NCBI GenBank assembly: GCA_951406725.2
Contig: OX597817.1
Coordinates: forward strand, 9,858,001 to 9,922,000
Origin: Octopus vulgaris
Lineage: Eukaryota
DNA length: 64,000 nt
Direction of reading: 5' to 3'
The notes beneath the pieces were generated by a model. The model had not been told where the DNA came from, did not search any database, and worked only from the letters and a program-made list of their open reading frames with translations. A program made the translations under genes and the position numbers. The stretch's first letter is position 1. Each line of letters begins with the position of its first letter. This document shows positions 13,952-29,177 of the stretch, in pieces.

Positions 13952-14963
13952 CATGTATACACACCCATACACAATCATATTATACGTAGTGGAGATTGAT
14001 AAGTGACTACATCTCTCTGTTGATCATCAGAAAACTTTGCTCACGCACATCTTCATCTCCAGCATCCCTGCATACATATACACGAATAACAAGCGCATAG
14101 TAGACTAACACTGTCTTTCTATTTCCAGTATTCTTTCTTGCTGTAATTCTTATTCTCTCTCTCTATCTCTCTTTCTCTGGTCTACCCCCTTCTCTCTCTC
14201 TCTCTCTCTCGCTCTCGTGTATCCACACGCACTTCCAAAACCTTTTCTCGCACACATATATATAAAGGCAAATACAGCCGCATAATATAAATATATTACT
14301 GTACACTTAAGCCAAAATTACTCAAAAGTGATAGAAAATTGAACGGTGAAAAGTATGTAGTAACAAAAATGACTTCTTAATGATGCGTATTTTACAGACA
14401 TAATTAGCTAAAGAGACGCCCAACCATAATATATACACTTTCATATATATTTAAAAGCATCGAAATTCATAAATTTATACCACATATATAAAACTTAGAT
14501 ATACACGTATCTATCTGTATATATACACATGCACACACACACACGCATATAGATACATAAAATTTATAAATCCTACCATCGCACATATATTTCTTTCTCT
14601 CTCTCTTTCTCTACAGTATACAGATTCATACACACTCGCGCACACACACATACATACACATATGCACAGTTACATAGTTACACATACGCACACAAACATA
14701 TCTTAATTTTGTGTAGGTAGGTAGGTCTATCAAAAATTTTCCTTTTGCTAAAATGTGGTATTAAAAATTAATTTCATGCGGATATATATACAGATGTACC
14801 AAACAACTGAGGTGGACTATAGAAGAAGAGAAACAACAGCAAAAAAACGCCTCGCGAACAAAATTTTATACAATTCTACATAAGATATATCATACGCTTT
14901 AAAACCCTCAATCGCGTTATCATACAAGATCAAGGATGAGAAGTGAACCATAGAGAACACAAA

Positions 14964-15026
<63 letters not shown>

Positions 15027-15429
15027 CACACACACACACGCACACACACACACACACGCACACACGCACTATGCACGCACACAGTTATACACACGCGCAT
15101 ATATATATATATACAGTTTACAAATTTGTGAAAATAGAGGAATAAAGTAAGACACTGACTATCTTTCTCTTTCTCTCTCTCTTTCTCTCTCACTCTCTCT
15201 CTCTCTCTCTTACTTTCTCTCTGTCTCTCTCACTTTATCTCTGTCTCTTCTCTGTCTCTGTCTCTCTCTCTCTCTCTCTCTCACACATACGCACAAAATA
15301 AGAGAGCAAATATTACAAATAATAATAATAATAAAATAATGATGACATAAAAGAACATATCAGCTTGGAATTTACCGTTTAGCTGCAACTGAGCGCATTG
15401 TGAATTTTTTTTTCCAGAATCCCGGTTGA

Positions 15430-15492
<63 letters not shown>

Positions 15493-16439
15493 AGTGTATG
15501 TGTATGTGTGTGTATGTTAGTTTTATGGTTGAGAGTGTCTTGTTGAAAATCGGGATTGAATCTATACAACCGTTCTCATTGGTCGCTTCACCGCCGCCAT
15601 TTATCGTCTGCTGTTGGCCTTACCCGCTGTTTGGGCTTGATGCTGATATTATCAATGGAACGAGCCTTTGTCCATCGGAAATAAGTAAGTATTTTTCTAA
15701 TTTTTTTGCAGTACAACCTTCTCTGGTATTCATACACACATATTTGAGCAATTACTCATAGTAAATTGCACACACTGAGGTTTCCATAGGCATATTTCGT
15801 CTCCACCAGAGGATTTTTATGTTCATCATATACATACACACACAAGCACCAACGCATTTCTACACATAGATCACACTTACAGAAATGAGAAGTTAAACAG
15901 CAATTCAAAATCATTTCTCTTTTTTTAAAGCTGTTGTATGTTTTTTCGTCCGAAATATCGCTATTAAGTCCTGGCTGAGAAAATACATATTAAAGGAAGA
16001 AAAATGTTAGCAACATACTGCAGAGAAAATGTATGAATGCCAAGTTGATGGCAGTTAACTGTCATGTAGTCGCATTTGGAATTTGCATGTTGTCGGTACC
16101 ATTCTCAGACATCATTACACATGCATATGTTAAACTTTACTCATATTTAATGTGCAGATAAAAATTTTATTATGTGTAGGAGAGGTAGAAATAGTCGCAG
16201 TCGACAAAACTGTGTCTAAGATATTCAGTATTTCTGCTGGGATATGTGAGTGAATGCGAACATGTCAATATATTCAATTGGTGTCAGATGCCTTCACTTT
16301 TGATATCGAACATGGCAGATTTTGACGTGTTTGTACGTTCAAAATGCGTTTATACACATATACGTGTATGTCTATCTGTATAATTAATTTCGAATACATA
16401 CATACACATAGACACATACATGCCTACACATGTATATAC

Positions 16440-16490
<51 letters not shown>

Positions 16491-16501
16491 GATATGTATA
16501 T

Positions 16502-16561
<60 letters not shown>

Positions 16562-16726
16562 CACTAATAACGTCAATATATAAACGTGTCCATGCATATG
16601 ATACATGTTAGAAAATGCATGCTAACAGATGTTTCATAGAACTAGACATAAAACACATGAAATACATTCTATATATGCAATTGTGTGTTTATACATGCAT
16701 ACCTATATACACACATACATACATAC

Positions 16727-16805
<79 letters not shown>

Positions 16806-16864
16806 TATATACGCATATTCATATACATATAAATATATACATACATTAAACAAACATACATATG

Positions 16865-16898
<34 letters not shown>

Positions 16899-18005
16899 GG
16901 GGGTATGTATGTAAGTAATGTTATGGGTGTATGTACATATACGTGTGTGTATACACACACACACACATATATGAATGTACTCGTGCCAAAATGTGTGTTT
17001 TTGTGTATTTGCGTGTGTATATAGTTTTGCGTGTACGTGTGTGCGTGTTTGTGTGTTTGTGTATGTGTACGTGTGTGTCAGTGTGCGTTTGTGTATGTAT
17101 TCGCAAAATAATGGTTTAGTGATTTCATTATCCCCATCCATGTCTTAAGAATTTAGGGAAGAATAAGCAAAGGGACACTAAATACTACAACTTTTCTCAG
17201 CGAGAAATAATTTCATTCCTTCATGGAATAAAAATCTTGTCTGAAGAAACATTATTCCGGCACAGAAATGCCAGTCATACATTAATTTAATGTATTTATA
17301 TGCAACTATTGGCATAAATAGATTCCCATGTAATACATTCACATGTTCACGTTAGTAAAGACAGAGTTGGATGCAAGTATAAGACCACGTAATATAGAAT
17401 CTTGCGCCTTAGATACATTTGTATTATACGTTGTCAGCTACTACCATAAGTCATATAGTGCTATGTACGTACATATGTATGTATGTATGCATTAATTGAT
17501 GCATGTATGTATGTAGAGAGATAAAGCTGCCTATAATAATATCTCTATCAATAGATCTATCTATCTATCTATCTGTCTATCAATCAATTAATCTACCTAT
17601 CTATTTATAAATGTGTATGCGTGTATACACACACACACATATATATATTATTTATATTCATTAATATATACGCGTGTGTGTGTGTGTGTTAGTGTGTGTA
17701 AATGTGCATGTATACACGTGTGTATATACACATGAATGTATATATGTATGTACATACGTGCAGGCATGTTGGAGCATTTCATTCATAGCTTTTGTTGATC
17801 ACTTCAACACCAGTATTTAGTTCTTCCTTCTACTTATTCTCTCCCTCTAAACTTTGTCATACGTTAAAAAAATGTATATATATATATATATGTACTACCG
17901 ACTTAGACAAATACAGGCGCAGAGATCTACATCAAGCTCTAAAGCTACACATAAACATGAACATAGAGGAAGATACAGACTAACTCATTCACACATAGAC
18001 ATACA

Positions 18006-18091
<86 letters not shown>

Positions 18092-18165
18092 TTTATATGT
18101 GTATATACACACACGCATATTAATGTATGTGTAAATACATATATATCTATATCGATCTCTATAGC

Positions 18166-18215
<50 letters not shown>

Positions 18216-18356
18216 CAACAATTTCGTGAGTTGAATTGAGCAAGCACTATATGAGAGAGATTTTCTTTAAGTATTAGAAATAGTTTTAAAAAAGTTTTTT
18301 TAGCTGCTATTTCTAATGAGTTCAGTATGTGGCAAAGTAATTTATTTTACTAAGCC

Positions 18357-18403
<47 letters not shown>

Positions 18404-18571
18404 TTGCACGTGTACATGTTAGCGTGACACTTGACCACGTTTTGGCGAAAAGGATCGAACCCAGATCTACCATGCTGCAAAGCGAACAAAGATGTGCCTG
18501 CTTTTCATCTATCTATCTAGCTATACATACATACATACATACATACATACATACATACATACATACATACA

Positions 18572-18602
<31 letters not shown>

Positions 18603-19047
18603 GTGTGTGTGTGTAGAATTTGTTCTGTCATGAAAAAACACGAAAGACAGAACACAAACCGAATTCTATGTGTTTCCGTGCTTATTATACTTCATCATTT
18701 CCGCATTATACCGAACGATTTCGTGCGGTTGACATTAGTCACTCGTATACATTGGTAAATCTGAAGTAATTCTCTGAAATTCAGCAAAGAAATATATTTG
18801 ACTTATGGCATCTGCGCCAAACATTTTTCCTTGACAAAAGGATTAGTTTTACCAACACACAATTACCGATATACACCTCTACATACATGCATCGTCCTTC
18901 TTTACTGTCCATACATGCATACTTATATACATACGTGCATGCATATATACATATATACACAAATGCACATAAGCATATATAAGCATTCACACACACACAT
19001 TTATATATATATACATCTATGAACATCAATGTATGTGTATATATATG

Positions 19048-19147
<100 letters not shown>

Positions 19148-19161
19148 AATGTAAATATATA

Positions 19162-19214
<53 letters not shown>

Positions 19215-19874
19215 ATACATACATTCATACGATAGATCGATAAACAGAGAGAGGGAGGAACGGAGGGAGATGAAAGAGAGAAAGTGAGAGATAAGGAGAG
19301 AGAAAGAGAGAGAGAGAGAGAGAAAGAGAGAGAAAGAAAGAGAAAGAGAGAGAGACTGAAAAATTTATATATAGATTTTAAGTTCCATACACAGGTGAAT
19401 TTAAAGACAGATGCCTTGTCAACTGTATATGTCGCCTGAATATAGTCGCTGAAAACCGATAATTACTGCAGCAAGGAATGTTAATGATTTTCTTCTGTTG
19501 AATGACAGCGCTAAGGAAATGAGTCCCTAAAAACCGGAGCATTTTGTCGTTTCCCCGTTCAAAAGTACAGTCAACTGCACCATCACACGGCTGTAGGGAG
19601 GGTGACTTAACATGCAGTGCGCATGCGTTTCGTGCATCGAAAACATGAGAGAAAAAAAAATGTAATACGCCTACAGTATTATTTGGTAAAAGTAAAAGAA
19701 AAAAAAAGAAAATTACCGCTCCGAGAAATACAATAAAATAATTACAAAGGAAATATAAAGTGAATTATGCATTCTGGAACAGCAACACGTATATATTAAT
19801 ACAATATGAGCGTGTGTTTCCGTGTCTGTATGGGTGTGTGTAAGTATATACGCATAGGCATATTTATACATGAA

Positions 19875-19943
<69 letters not shown>

Positions 19944-20858
19944 AGATGGAGAGAGAGAGAGCGATAGATAGATAGGCATATATGCATACATATGTGTATG
20001 TATGTATATAAATATATATATATGCATGTAGATAAATATAGATATAGATATATATATACAGACACATATATCCCTATTTATGTATATACATGTGTCTCTG
20101 ATAGTAATTGGGCTAACACATAATGCCCATGCTGGAGCTTAAAAAGAAATAAAATAAGGACAAGGATAACAGACAAATGTAGAAAGAAGACAGAGAGAAG
20201 AAAAGAAGATATTTCGTATAGAAAAGAAGATATCAACTGACAATATTCCCTCAACCACAACATACATTAATAAAATCATTTTGATAATCATATATATATA
20301 TATATATATATGCCATCTAATTTCACATACGAAATAGATACAAATAACTATAAACACAGAGTTAATATATAAATATATATGCATATGTGCCCTGATACAT
20401 TTACGTTTGTTCATCCCACTATCAATCTGTCAGGTGTATAAACATATATACAAGCACACAGAGACATAAACGCATATGTATATATATACATACATACATA
20501 CACACACACACATAAATACACACACACATATATATATGTGTGTGTGTGTGTATTTCCTTATTTGTGTATTAAAGCTACCATTGGTTTCATGTTAAGAAAA
20601 ATACCTTACTATCTTAAAAAGTTTTCAAGCCGACCACATGTAGGGATGGAGTCCCATTACCCTTGGGATTAACTGTTCGACAGTTACGTGCCTTTACACT
20701 CTCACATACACACGTACACACACACATACACACACACACATGCACACACACACATGCACACACACAGACATATATATATAAACACACACGCATTTATGTA
20801 TTTGTATACCCAACCACACACATACCATTTGTACTTTCAAGATTCGGTTTAGACCCCG

Positions 20859-20909
20859 TGACAATTGCTCTGACGAGTGTGCCTAATACGAAACTCTAAG
20901 TATCGTCAA
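20859..20909 (+). ncRNA. Degenerate minimal type I hammerhead-like motif
   Basis: CTGACGA(20870) gtgt-gccta-atac GAAAC tctaa GTA; proximal stem I mismatched, distal tgac/gtca pairs. Confidence 0.35.
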
Positions 20910-21092
20910 TCCTTTTCCTTGAAAAACTACAATACGATACTATACAGGAAACTACTGGTTGATCTTTGAGTAGTCTGACAGCCCTTTTTACACATAACTA
21001 TACATAAAGGCAAGCGTTTATAGAAGCATATACACACTCACATACATACATACATAAATACACACATATATGAGCGTGTGTGTTTATGTATC

Positions 21093-21127
<35 letters not shown>

Positions 21128-21186
21128 GGACACACATATATGCTCTTTCTCTTTCGATCTATGTAGACATACATGCATACACATGC

Positions 21187-21229
<43 letters not shown>

Positions 21230-21761
21230 ACACGTACATACATATACACACATCCATGTACTTAATATACTTAAATACGTATGTGAATGTGTGCATCAAG
21301 AGTCCTATGTGTGCATGTCGGTACCTACTCGGACATGGCTACCACCACCGGCACAGACACGCGCAAAAATATACTCACACACATACATACACACACATAC
21401 ATGCATATTATGTATGCTTCTTATTGCGGTAATTTAGATAACAGTAACTAAAAAACCTTATATATATATATAGGCCTTATTTCTACCTTGAGAGCTTTGG
21501 GGATAAACTCATTTTAATAGTGACAACCGCTTGGTTACATTATCTGAGATTATCGTAGGTATTGTAATCTATGTCTGCTATTTAGTATGTGGGTGTGTTT
21601 CTGTCTGTACACACAGACATACACCCCCGCGCACGAATGGACACACACACACGAGTACAGCCCCCACACATCCATACACAAGCAAAAACTCACACACATA
21701 TACACGTATGTATCTATGTATGTCAGATGTGCGAGGTAGTCGTTTGTATATATGTTGTATA

Positions 21762-22144
21762 TCTCTCTCTATATAAACGGCAGTTTGTCTGTGCGTTTTC
21801 TGTGTGTCTGTTTTCTCGTACCCTCACCCTGACCACGGCTTTCAACCGATTCTGATGAAACTTGACACACACATAGCCCAATGTCATAATTCAAAACTAA
21901 CGCAGCGAAAATTTTGAAAAGTTCCCCCAGTTCTGAAAAAATCGATAAATTCGACATGGGGTCGAGAATCAGAAACCCAAACCACAGACCGTCTAGGGGA
22001 CGCAACTCCACCTTTTTTAACTCTCAAAAAAAATTTACCATCATTTTTTTTCCATTTTTTTGCTATTTTTTGGCTATAACTCTCTAAAAATGCTTTATAG
22101 TTATTTCCCTTACAAACCTGAGCAACGCCGGGCGATACTGCTAG
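21762..22144 (+). mobile_element. Non-autonomous Helitron (copy 2)
   Basis: A|TC...CTAG|T termini; closely similar to 2987-3340. Confidence 0.85.
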
Positions 22145-22459
22145 TGCCTGTATAAATACATAGATATAGTTATACATTGTCACAGTAAACTGCAAGCATT
22201 TGATGTCACGATGCCAACTTTTAGGTGATGGCGAATATGTATGACTAAATCATCGTTTTAGTTATCACCAGATATAATTAATATGGTGTCATATATATAT
22301 ATATATATATATCATATACATGTATGTATCTATATACATATGTTTGTGTGTGTATTACTTGTTACACATTCCTTGATATAATGAATTCATATAAAAAATT
22401 CATATAAAAAATACTGTCATTTGCATATGTGCACATTGGTGTGTATTGTATTTGTATAC

Positions 22460-22515
<56 letters not shown>

Positions 22516-22725
22516 ACATACATATATGTATATATATATATACACACACATGTATATATATATATACACACATATATGTGCATACATACATAATGCATAC
22601 ATACATACATTCAAATATTCATACATACATACATACATACATACATACATACATACATACATACATACATACATACATACATGCATGCATGCATACATAC
22701 ATACATTCATACATACATACATACA

Positions 22726-22756
<31 letters not shown>

Positions 22757-23101
22757 TTGCATATTGTTAAGTATGATAGGCACTGTAACAATTATACGAA
22801 AACTAAGACCATTGATACAAGAAAATGATTAAGTTTCAAATCTTGTGTATAGCTATTTTGAATTTAAAAGCTATACTCCTAGGAGTTTCAAGTCATGCAA
22901 CCTTTTATGGGAGTATATATTTATCTGAATACAAGACTTTACACGTGATTTAGTGTCTAATCTCAATATAATAATTGTATATAAACCCCTCCAGCATAGA
23001 CAAATCTGTCATATATATTAATAAAAACTTTTATGTATGCAAAGTCACACATACACACAACACATATATACTCTTCGTACGATGCTACATATGATTGTGT
23101 G

Positions 23102-23172
<71 letters not shown>

Positions 23173-23463
23173 AAATATATATGTATATATATATGTATAT
23201 GTATGTATATATATGTATATATATATGTATATGTATGTATATATATGTATATATATATATGTATATGTATGTATATATATATGCATATGTATATGTATGT
23301 ATGTATATATATGTATATGTATGTATATATATGTATATATATATGTATATGTATGTATATATATATGTATATATATATATGTATATGTATGTATATATAT
23401 ATGTATATATACATGTATATATATATATATATGTATATGTATATATATATATATGTATATATG

Positions 23464-23470
<7 letters not shown>

Positions 23471-23499
<29 letters not shown>

Positions 23500-23826
23500 T
23501 GTATGTACGTATGTATGTGTATATATATACATGCATACATGCGCACACTCACACATATAAACACTATCATGCACTGACATGTCAGCGTGTGTGTTGTGTA
23601 TATACACACACACACAAACATATGTATATACGTATGTGTGTATGTTTGCGTGTTTGTGTGTGTGTATATACACAATACACACGCTGACATGTCAGTGCAT
23701 GATCGTGTTTATATGTGTGAGTGTGCGCATGTATGCATGTATATATACATACATACGTACGTACATACATACATACATACATACATACATACATACATAC
23801 ATACATACATACATACATACATACAT
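23471..23826. repeat. Long foldback inverted repeat (~150-bp arms, ~30-nt spacer at 23621-23650)
   Basis: 23530-23620 is the near-perfect reverse complement of 23651-23740; the ORF track shows mirrored peptides on both strands. Confidence 0.9.
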
Positions 23827-23859
23827 GTTAGATATGATAATATATTATACTACAATGTT

Positions 23860-24083
23860 GCGAGCTGGCAGAATCATTACCGCGCCGGACAAATAGCCGA
23901 AATGCTCAGCGGCATTTTGTAAGTCCTTAGGTTTTGAGTTCAAATACCGCCGGTGTCGACTTTGACTATCTTCCTTTCGGGATTGATACAGTAAGTACCA
24001 GTTGTACAATGGTGTCGATGTAATTGAGTTATCCCCCCCGCGCCCCCGATTGCTGGCCCTGTACCAAAATTTGAAACTATTAT
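23860..24083 (+). mobile_element. SINE family B, short-tail subtype
   Basis: gcgagctggcagaatc..gagttcaaatacc..gtcgactttg..ctggccctgtaccaaaatttgaaac. Confidence 0.8.
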
Positions 24084-24539
24084 AATAACGTACTGTATAT
24101 TTATTATATGTGAGTATGTGTGTGTATATATATATATATGTGTGTATATACAGATATATATATTCTGAAGGAAAGACAGATATATATATGTACGTATGTA
24201 TAAGATAGGAAGACATTTAGGAAATGGCAGAGAGCGATAAAGACCGAGACAGGTAGTATGGCATATGTAATGAGAAAGCCGAAATAGAGAAATGAAAATT
24301 CCTTAGATTTAATGTTGGAAATCTGATTAAAGGAAAGTCTTGATGAATTTTGGAAGCTTCAGAAATTAAGTGGACATCATTCGCTGCGGCTATTGAAGAC
24401 GCCTCCATAATTGCTTACGTCACTGCTAGAATAGTGTCAAGCGCTTTGACAAGTATGTTGACGCTTATTACGGACGTCCGCATCGTCATACCGTTTTCGC
24501 TGGGTTTTCTTTTCCTGTCTTGCTTTGATAAATGTTCCT

Positions 24540-24706
24540 GCTGTCGTTGTGGTTGTTGCTGTTGTTCTGTTCCCCCCCTCCTCCTCCTCCACTACTTCTT
24601 TTTCTTCTTCAACATCATCATCATCATCGTCATCTTCTGCATAATCAATGCCCTACCGTTATCATCTGCAGCGTCGTCTGTCTCATCCACCACCTCCATA
24701 TCACCC

Positions 24707-24737
<31 letters not shown>

Positions 24738-24917
24738 CTTCTTCTTCTTCTTCTTCTTCTTCTTCTTCTTCTTCTTCTTCTTCGTTGTCGTCCTCCTCTA
24801 CGACCTCCTCCTTCCCTTCTTTTCAATATTCATCATCATCATCCTCACCATCACCACTGCCATCATCATCATCAGCACCAGTACAACACCACCACCCCAA
24901 CTGCCACCACCATCACC

Positions 24918-24951
<34 letters not shown>

Positions 24952-25105
24952 TCTCCACAACCACCATCATCGCCTGTTCCTGCTGCCACCAACAACAGCA
25001 ACAACACCATCACCCCTACTACAACTTGTAGTAGTAGTAGTAGTAGTAGTAATAGTAGTAGTAGTTGTAGTAGTAGTAGTAGTAGTAGCAGCAGTAGTGG
25101 TGTTG
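24540..25105. repeat. Compound triplet repeats (TTC/CAT/CAC/GTA)
   Basis: Direct inspection. Confidence 0.9.
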
Positions 25106-25190
25106 CAGAAGCACTATGATTCCTTTTCCACCTCGTCAGTCTCAATAACATGTTACTCTTTATAATCAAATCTCCCTTATACTAATCAGC

Positions 25191-25403
25191 CTTTCTATTA
25201 TAGGAACAGGGCTTAATGTTTGGGAGTAGAGTACTAGTAGATTACATTAACCCCCAGTGCTCAGCTGGTATTTCATTTCATCCAGCACGACAGATTGAAA
25301 AAAACAACAACGACCTCGGCAGAATTTGAACTCGGAACGTGAAGACAGACGAAACGTCGTTTGGGATTTCGCCCGACGTGCTTAACGATTCTGCCAGCTT
25401 GCT
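25191..25403 (-). mobile_element. SINE family B, short-tail subtype
   Basis: gacctcggcagaatttgaactcggaacg..ttaacgattctgccagc followed by (aat)n. Confidence 0.8.
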
Positions 25404-25424
25404 ACTTTAATAATAATAATAATG

Positions 25425-25469
<45 letters not shown>

Positions 25470-25560
25470 TACAAGACAAATTCTGTCGTGGATTGGGTAA
25501 CCTGTTGAAATTATTAACATCATTTGCACTGCTAAACCACGTCAATAACATATGATTATC

Positions 25561-25592
<32 letters not shown>

Positions 25593-25614
25593 GTATGTAC
25601 ACATACATACGCAC

Positions 25615-25917
25615 ATCACATGATCACGTGATCGATCAGACTATCAGATGTTGCTATACATCACTGGTCACAATCCGCTGCGCTTTGCATCGTTTTTAGG
25701 TGTCAAATGATGCCACACAAACTGGTTAGCCATGTAGGCCAACATTCGTCCTGATCGGAAGGGCTATTCCGTCTCAGGGTTACCCATTTGCAGGTGAATG
25801 GACCGGAGCAACGTGAAATGAAGTGTTTTTTATCAACAACATAACACGGAACACGCTCCAGGAATCGACCCCACGATCGCTAGATCGTGAGTGCAACATT
25901 CTAACCACAAGGCCGTG
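25615..25917 (-). mobile_element. SINE with family D head and family C type 1 tail
   Basis: Minus-strand head (gtggttagaatgttgcactcacgatc..tcgattcctgg..cacttcatttcacgttgctcc) like 33382; tail like 11055-11179. Confidence 0.75.
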
Positions 25918-25921
25918 TATA

Positions 25922-25965
<44 letters not shown>

Positions 25966-26367
25966 CGTGTGAGTGCATATTTTTATTATAGTCCTTGTAA
26001 ATATTTTAAATTGATTAGTAACAAAAAATAAAAACAAAATAATATAAATGTGGCTGTTGAATTGAAGAAACGGTAGCATTTAGATTCGTCTGCTCTTGTT
26101 TCTGGTTTCAAATCTTGCTCGATTCCATTTACCATTCGATCCATGATGTCCATTATATATATACTCGGCATTTACTAAAGTAATCGATTGATAATATGAT
26201 TCCCTTACGAGCTGCTGGTGTTGAGTTAATGGACTAAATCGTATTCATCATAACTTTCATCTTCCTCTTTCTCCTTCCTCTCCTCTTCCTCCTCCTCGCC
26301 ACCCTCTACATTATCATTACCATGAACAGCAAAATCAACAACAACAACAACATTATTATTATTCCTC

Positions 26368-26585
26368 TTGGATTGGCACAATCGTTAGAGTTCTGGACAT
26401 AATATGCTATGCAGTATAATTTCGGGTGCTTTTCGTTCTGAGTTCAGATCTAACCGAGGTCATCTTTGATTTACATTCCTTCAGTCTCGATAGAATAATG
26501 TGCAGGTTGAGTATTCCGTGCGATATAATCAACTAACCGGCTCCTCTCAAAATTACTAGCTTTGTACCTAATCAGAAAAATATAT
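26368..26585 (+). mobile_element. SINE family B, diverged
   Basis: ttggcacaatcgttag..cgttctgagttcagatc..gaggtc..ctttgtacc. Confidence 0.65.
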
Positions 26586-26668
26586 TCAAAATCATTCAAG
26601 ATGTAGCACAATGGAAACTTCCGGCCCTGCGATTATCTGTATGACACCACGACTACTATCATAATAAT

Positions 26669-26745
26669 GGCCCTACATGGCCTTGCTGTCCCCCTACATG
26701 GCCTTGCTCTTTGCTTTTTGAGCCAAAAATTAACTAACTAATTAA
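26669..26745 (+). mobile_element. CR1-like extreme 3' end fragment with internal 17-bp duplication
   Basis: ccctacatggccttgct x2, then tttgctttttgagccaaaaattaactaac; reverse complement of the 30281-30350 end. Confidence 0.75.
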
Positions 26746-27077
26746 TAACGACAAAAAGCTCCATTAGAAAACCCCGGTATCACCAGTGCAATAGCAACAA
26801 GCGAAATGACAAGGGCTTGACTTGCTGGAAATATCAGCCAAATTTCCCACAATTCACATCTAAACATCTTCAGTAATGAAACGAATATTGCAGAACCTAA
26901 CCCTTTACATCTCCTTCTTTGTAAACACGGACACACAAACACGTGCACGCCATACACACGTACACATGCACACACACACATGCTCATGTATGTATGTATG
27001 TATGTATGTATGTATGTATGTATGTATGTATGTGCATAAGTAGGTGGGTATAGCTGGAACGACTTTAATAACCGGGC

Positions 27078-27417
27078 TCTCTTACTCTTTACTCTTTTAC
27101 TTGTTTCAGTCATTTGACTGCGGCCATGCTGGAGCACCGCCTTTTAGTCGAGCAAATCGACCCCGGGACTTATTCTTTTGTAAGCCCAGTACTTATTCTA
27201 TCGGTCTCTTTTTGCCGAACCGTTAAGTGACGGGGACGTAAACACACCAGCATCGAAGGTCAAGCAATGCTAGGGGGGACAATCACACAAACACATACAC
27301 ACACATACATATACATATATATATATATATATATACATATATACGACGGACTTCTTTCAGTTTCCGTCTACCAAATCCACTCACAAAGCATTAGTCGGCC
27401 CGGGGCTATAGCAGTAT
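27078..27417 (-). mobile_element. SINE family A, 5'-truncated
   Basis: High similarity to the reverse complement of ~8070-8403. Confidence 0.9.
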
Positions 27418-27851
27418 GATGTATCGACATAAGACTAAATGCCAAAGACATAACTGCAACAACAATAATAATAACAACAACAACAACAACAGCAATATAT
27501 ACAGCAGCTGCAACCACACCAATAACAGCGGTCAGAAATATCTGAAGCATTAGCTGTAGTAGTAAAATACAATGCACGGTACCAATATAATATATTCGTC
27601 CCAGAATCTGCACTGTAATTGTTATATCGTTGATATAGAAGCATACACTAAATGATTAAATACACATCAAAATATGTGTATTTAACAAAGTTGCAATTGA
27701 GGCGTTTGCACAGGAAACACGTGGTCCTCCGTTCGATAAAAAACTGTAAGAAAGCTTGTCAAAAGTGCACGCATGCCCGTGTGCATCAGTGTGTGTGTGT
27801 ACGTGTGTATGTATATATGCATGCACCCGTATATTTGTGTGTCAAACTCTG

Positions 27852-27941
<90 letters not shown>

Positions 27942-28133
27942 GATAGAGGGTGTGTAACATATACATATAAATAAATGCATGCATGCATACATACATACAT
28001 ACATACATACATACATACATGCATGCATACATACATGCATGCATACATACATGCATACATACATATATACATACATACATACATACATACATGCATGCAT
28101 GCATGCATACATACATACATACATACATGCATG

Positions 28134-28165
<32 letters not shown>

Positions 28166-28652
28166 CATACATACATACATACATACATACATGCATGCAT
28201 GCATACATACATACATACATACATACATACATACATAGTGTATTATGTTTCTTGATGCAACGGTAAAAGATGGCAGATTCCGGTACGCGGAGCAAAAATA
28301 TATTGTACTCTTTCCTTTACTCTGATTATTTCCCTTTAAGTAGCCCCCACCATAGCCTGAATCAAATAAATAAAACCAATAAAAGCAAAAACAACTCTTC
28401 CACCCACACGGGAGTACATACTCACACACAAAGATACACGTATTTACTTTATATTTATGATACTCATGTGAGCAGATAGACGTGTTATGTACACGTGCGG
28501 TTGCTCATTCGAGTGTTACTGAAGACTTCATTTCCATAAAGTTTATTTAAAATACCCGTGATAAGCTCATTAATTTCAAATTTATTTACAATAATTGTAT
28601 ACCTTTATGTAAGCCTAATGGAGAGATTGCTTTCACTGGGTCGCTGTTTAAA

Positions 28653-28893
28653 CCCCTTGCCTCTCTTCTGTATCACATATGATGCAAAGAATATATTTAT
28701 CTGGTGTTAATGAATCATATATGATACACATTCCTTTTGTATTTTTCAACCACTAATGTAACTTGGGACATGAATGGAAAGGGTTTTGTTACTCAGAACG
28801 TATGAAACAAGAGTCAATTAAATGTCTGAAAACAAACATGGCCGTTTGGGACAAACTTATGAAAAGGCTAAAAGGCTTCGGACAGGCAAAGGG
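28653..28893. mobile_element. Possible piggyBac-like MITE
   Basis: taaa|ccccttgcc ... ggcaaaggg|ttaa short terminal inverted repeats; left TTAA imperfect. Confidence 0.4.
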
Positions 28894-29177
28894 TTAATGC
28901 TTTATTTTCTTACTGAAACATATACGCTATTAATTCTTTGCACGCACATACACACGAACATAAGCATTTAAATATGTGTGCTTATGAATTGCTCTGTGTA
29001 GGTGTCAGAATCCTCAGTGTGGAAACAATTTATTACTCTATCCAGAGTAGAATTTGCCTTTCATCTTGTCGTCCGTATTTCCCTACATAAATTGAAATTC
29101 AGCAGTATTGACTCTGAGGTTACTCTATTAATATCTCAACAAAGAACGCATTCCCCACATCTGTCTTACAGCAAACA

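Noticed and set aside
15960-16330. Possible mariner remnant
   Set aside because: Only vague TIR and peptide resemblance; cannot be supported without a search
24217-25165. 271-aa plus ORF and minus-strand RKRKPSENG peptide as a possible exon
   Set aside because: Mostly low complexity; the minus frame has an in-frame stop; no recognisable family
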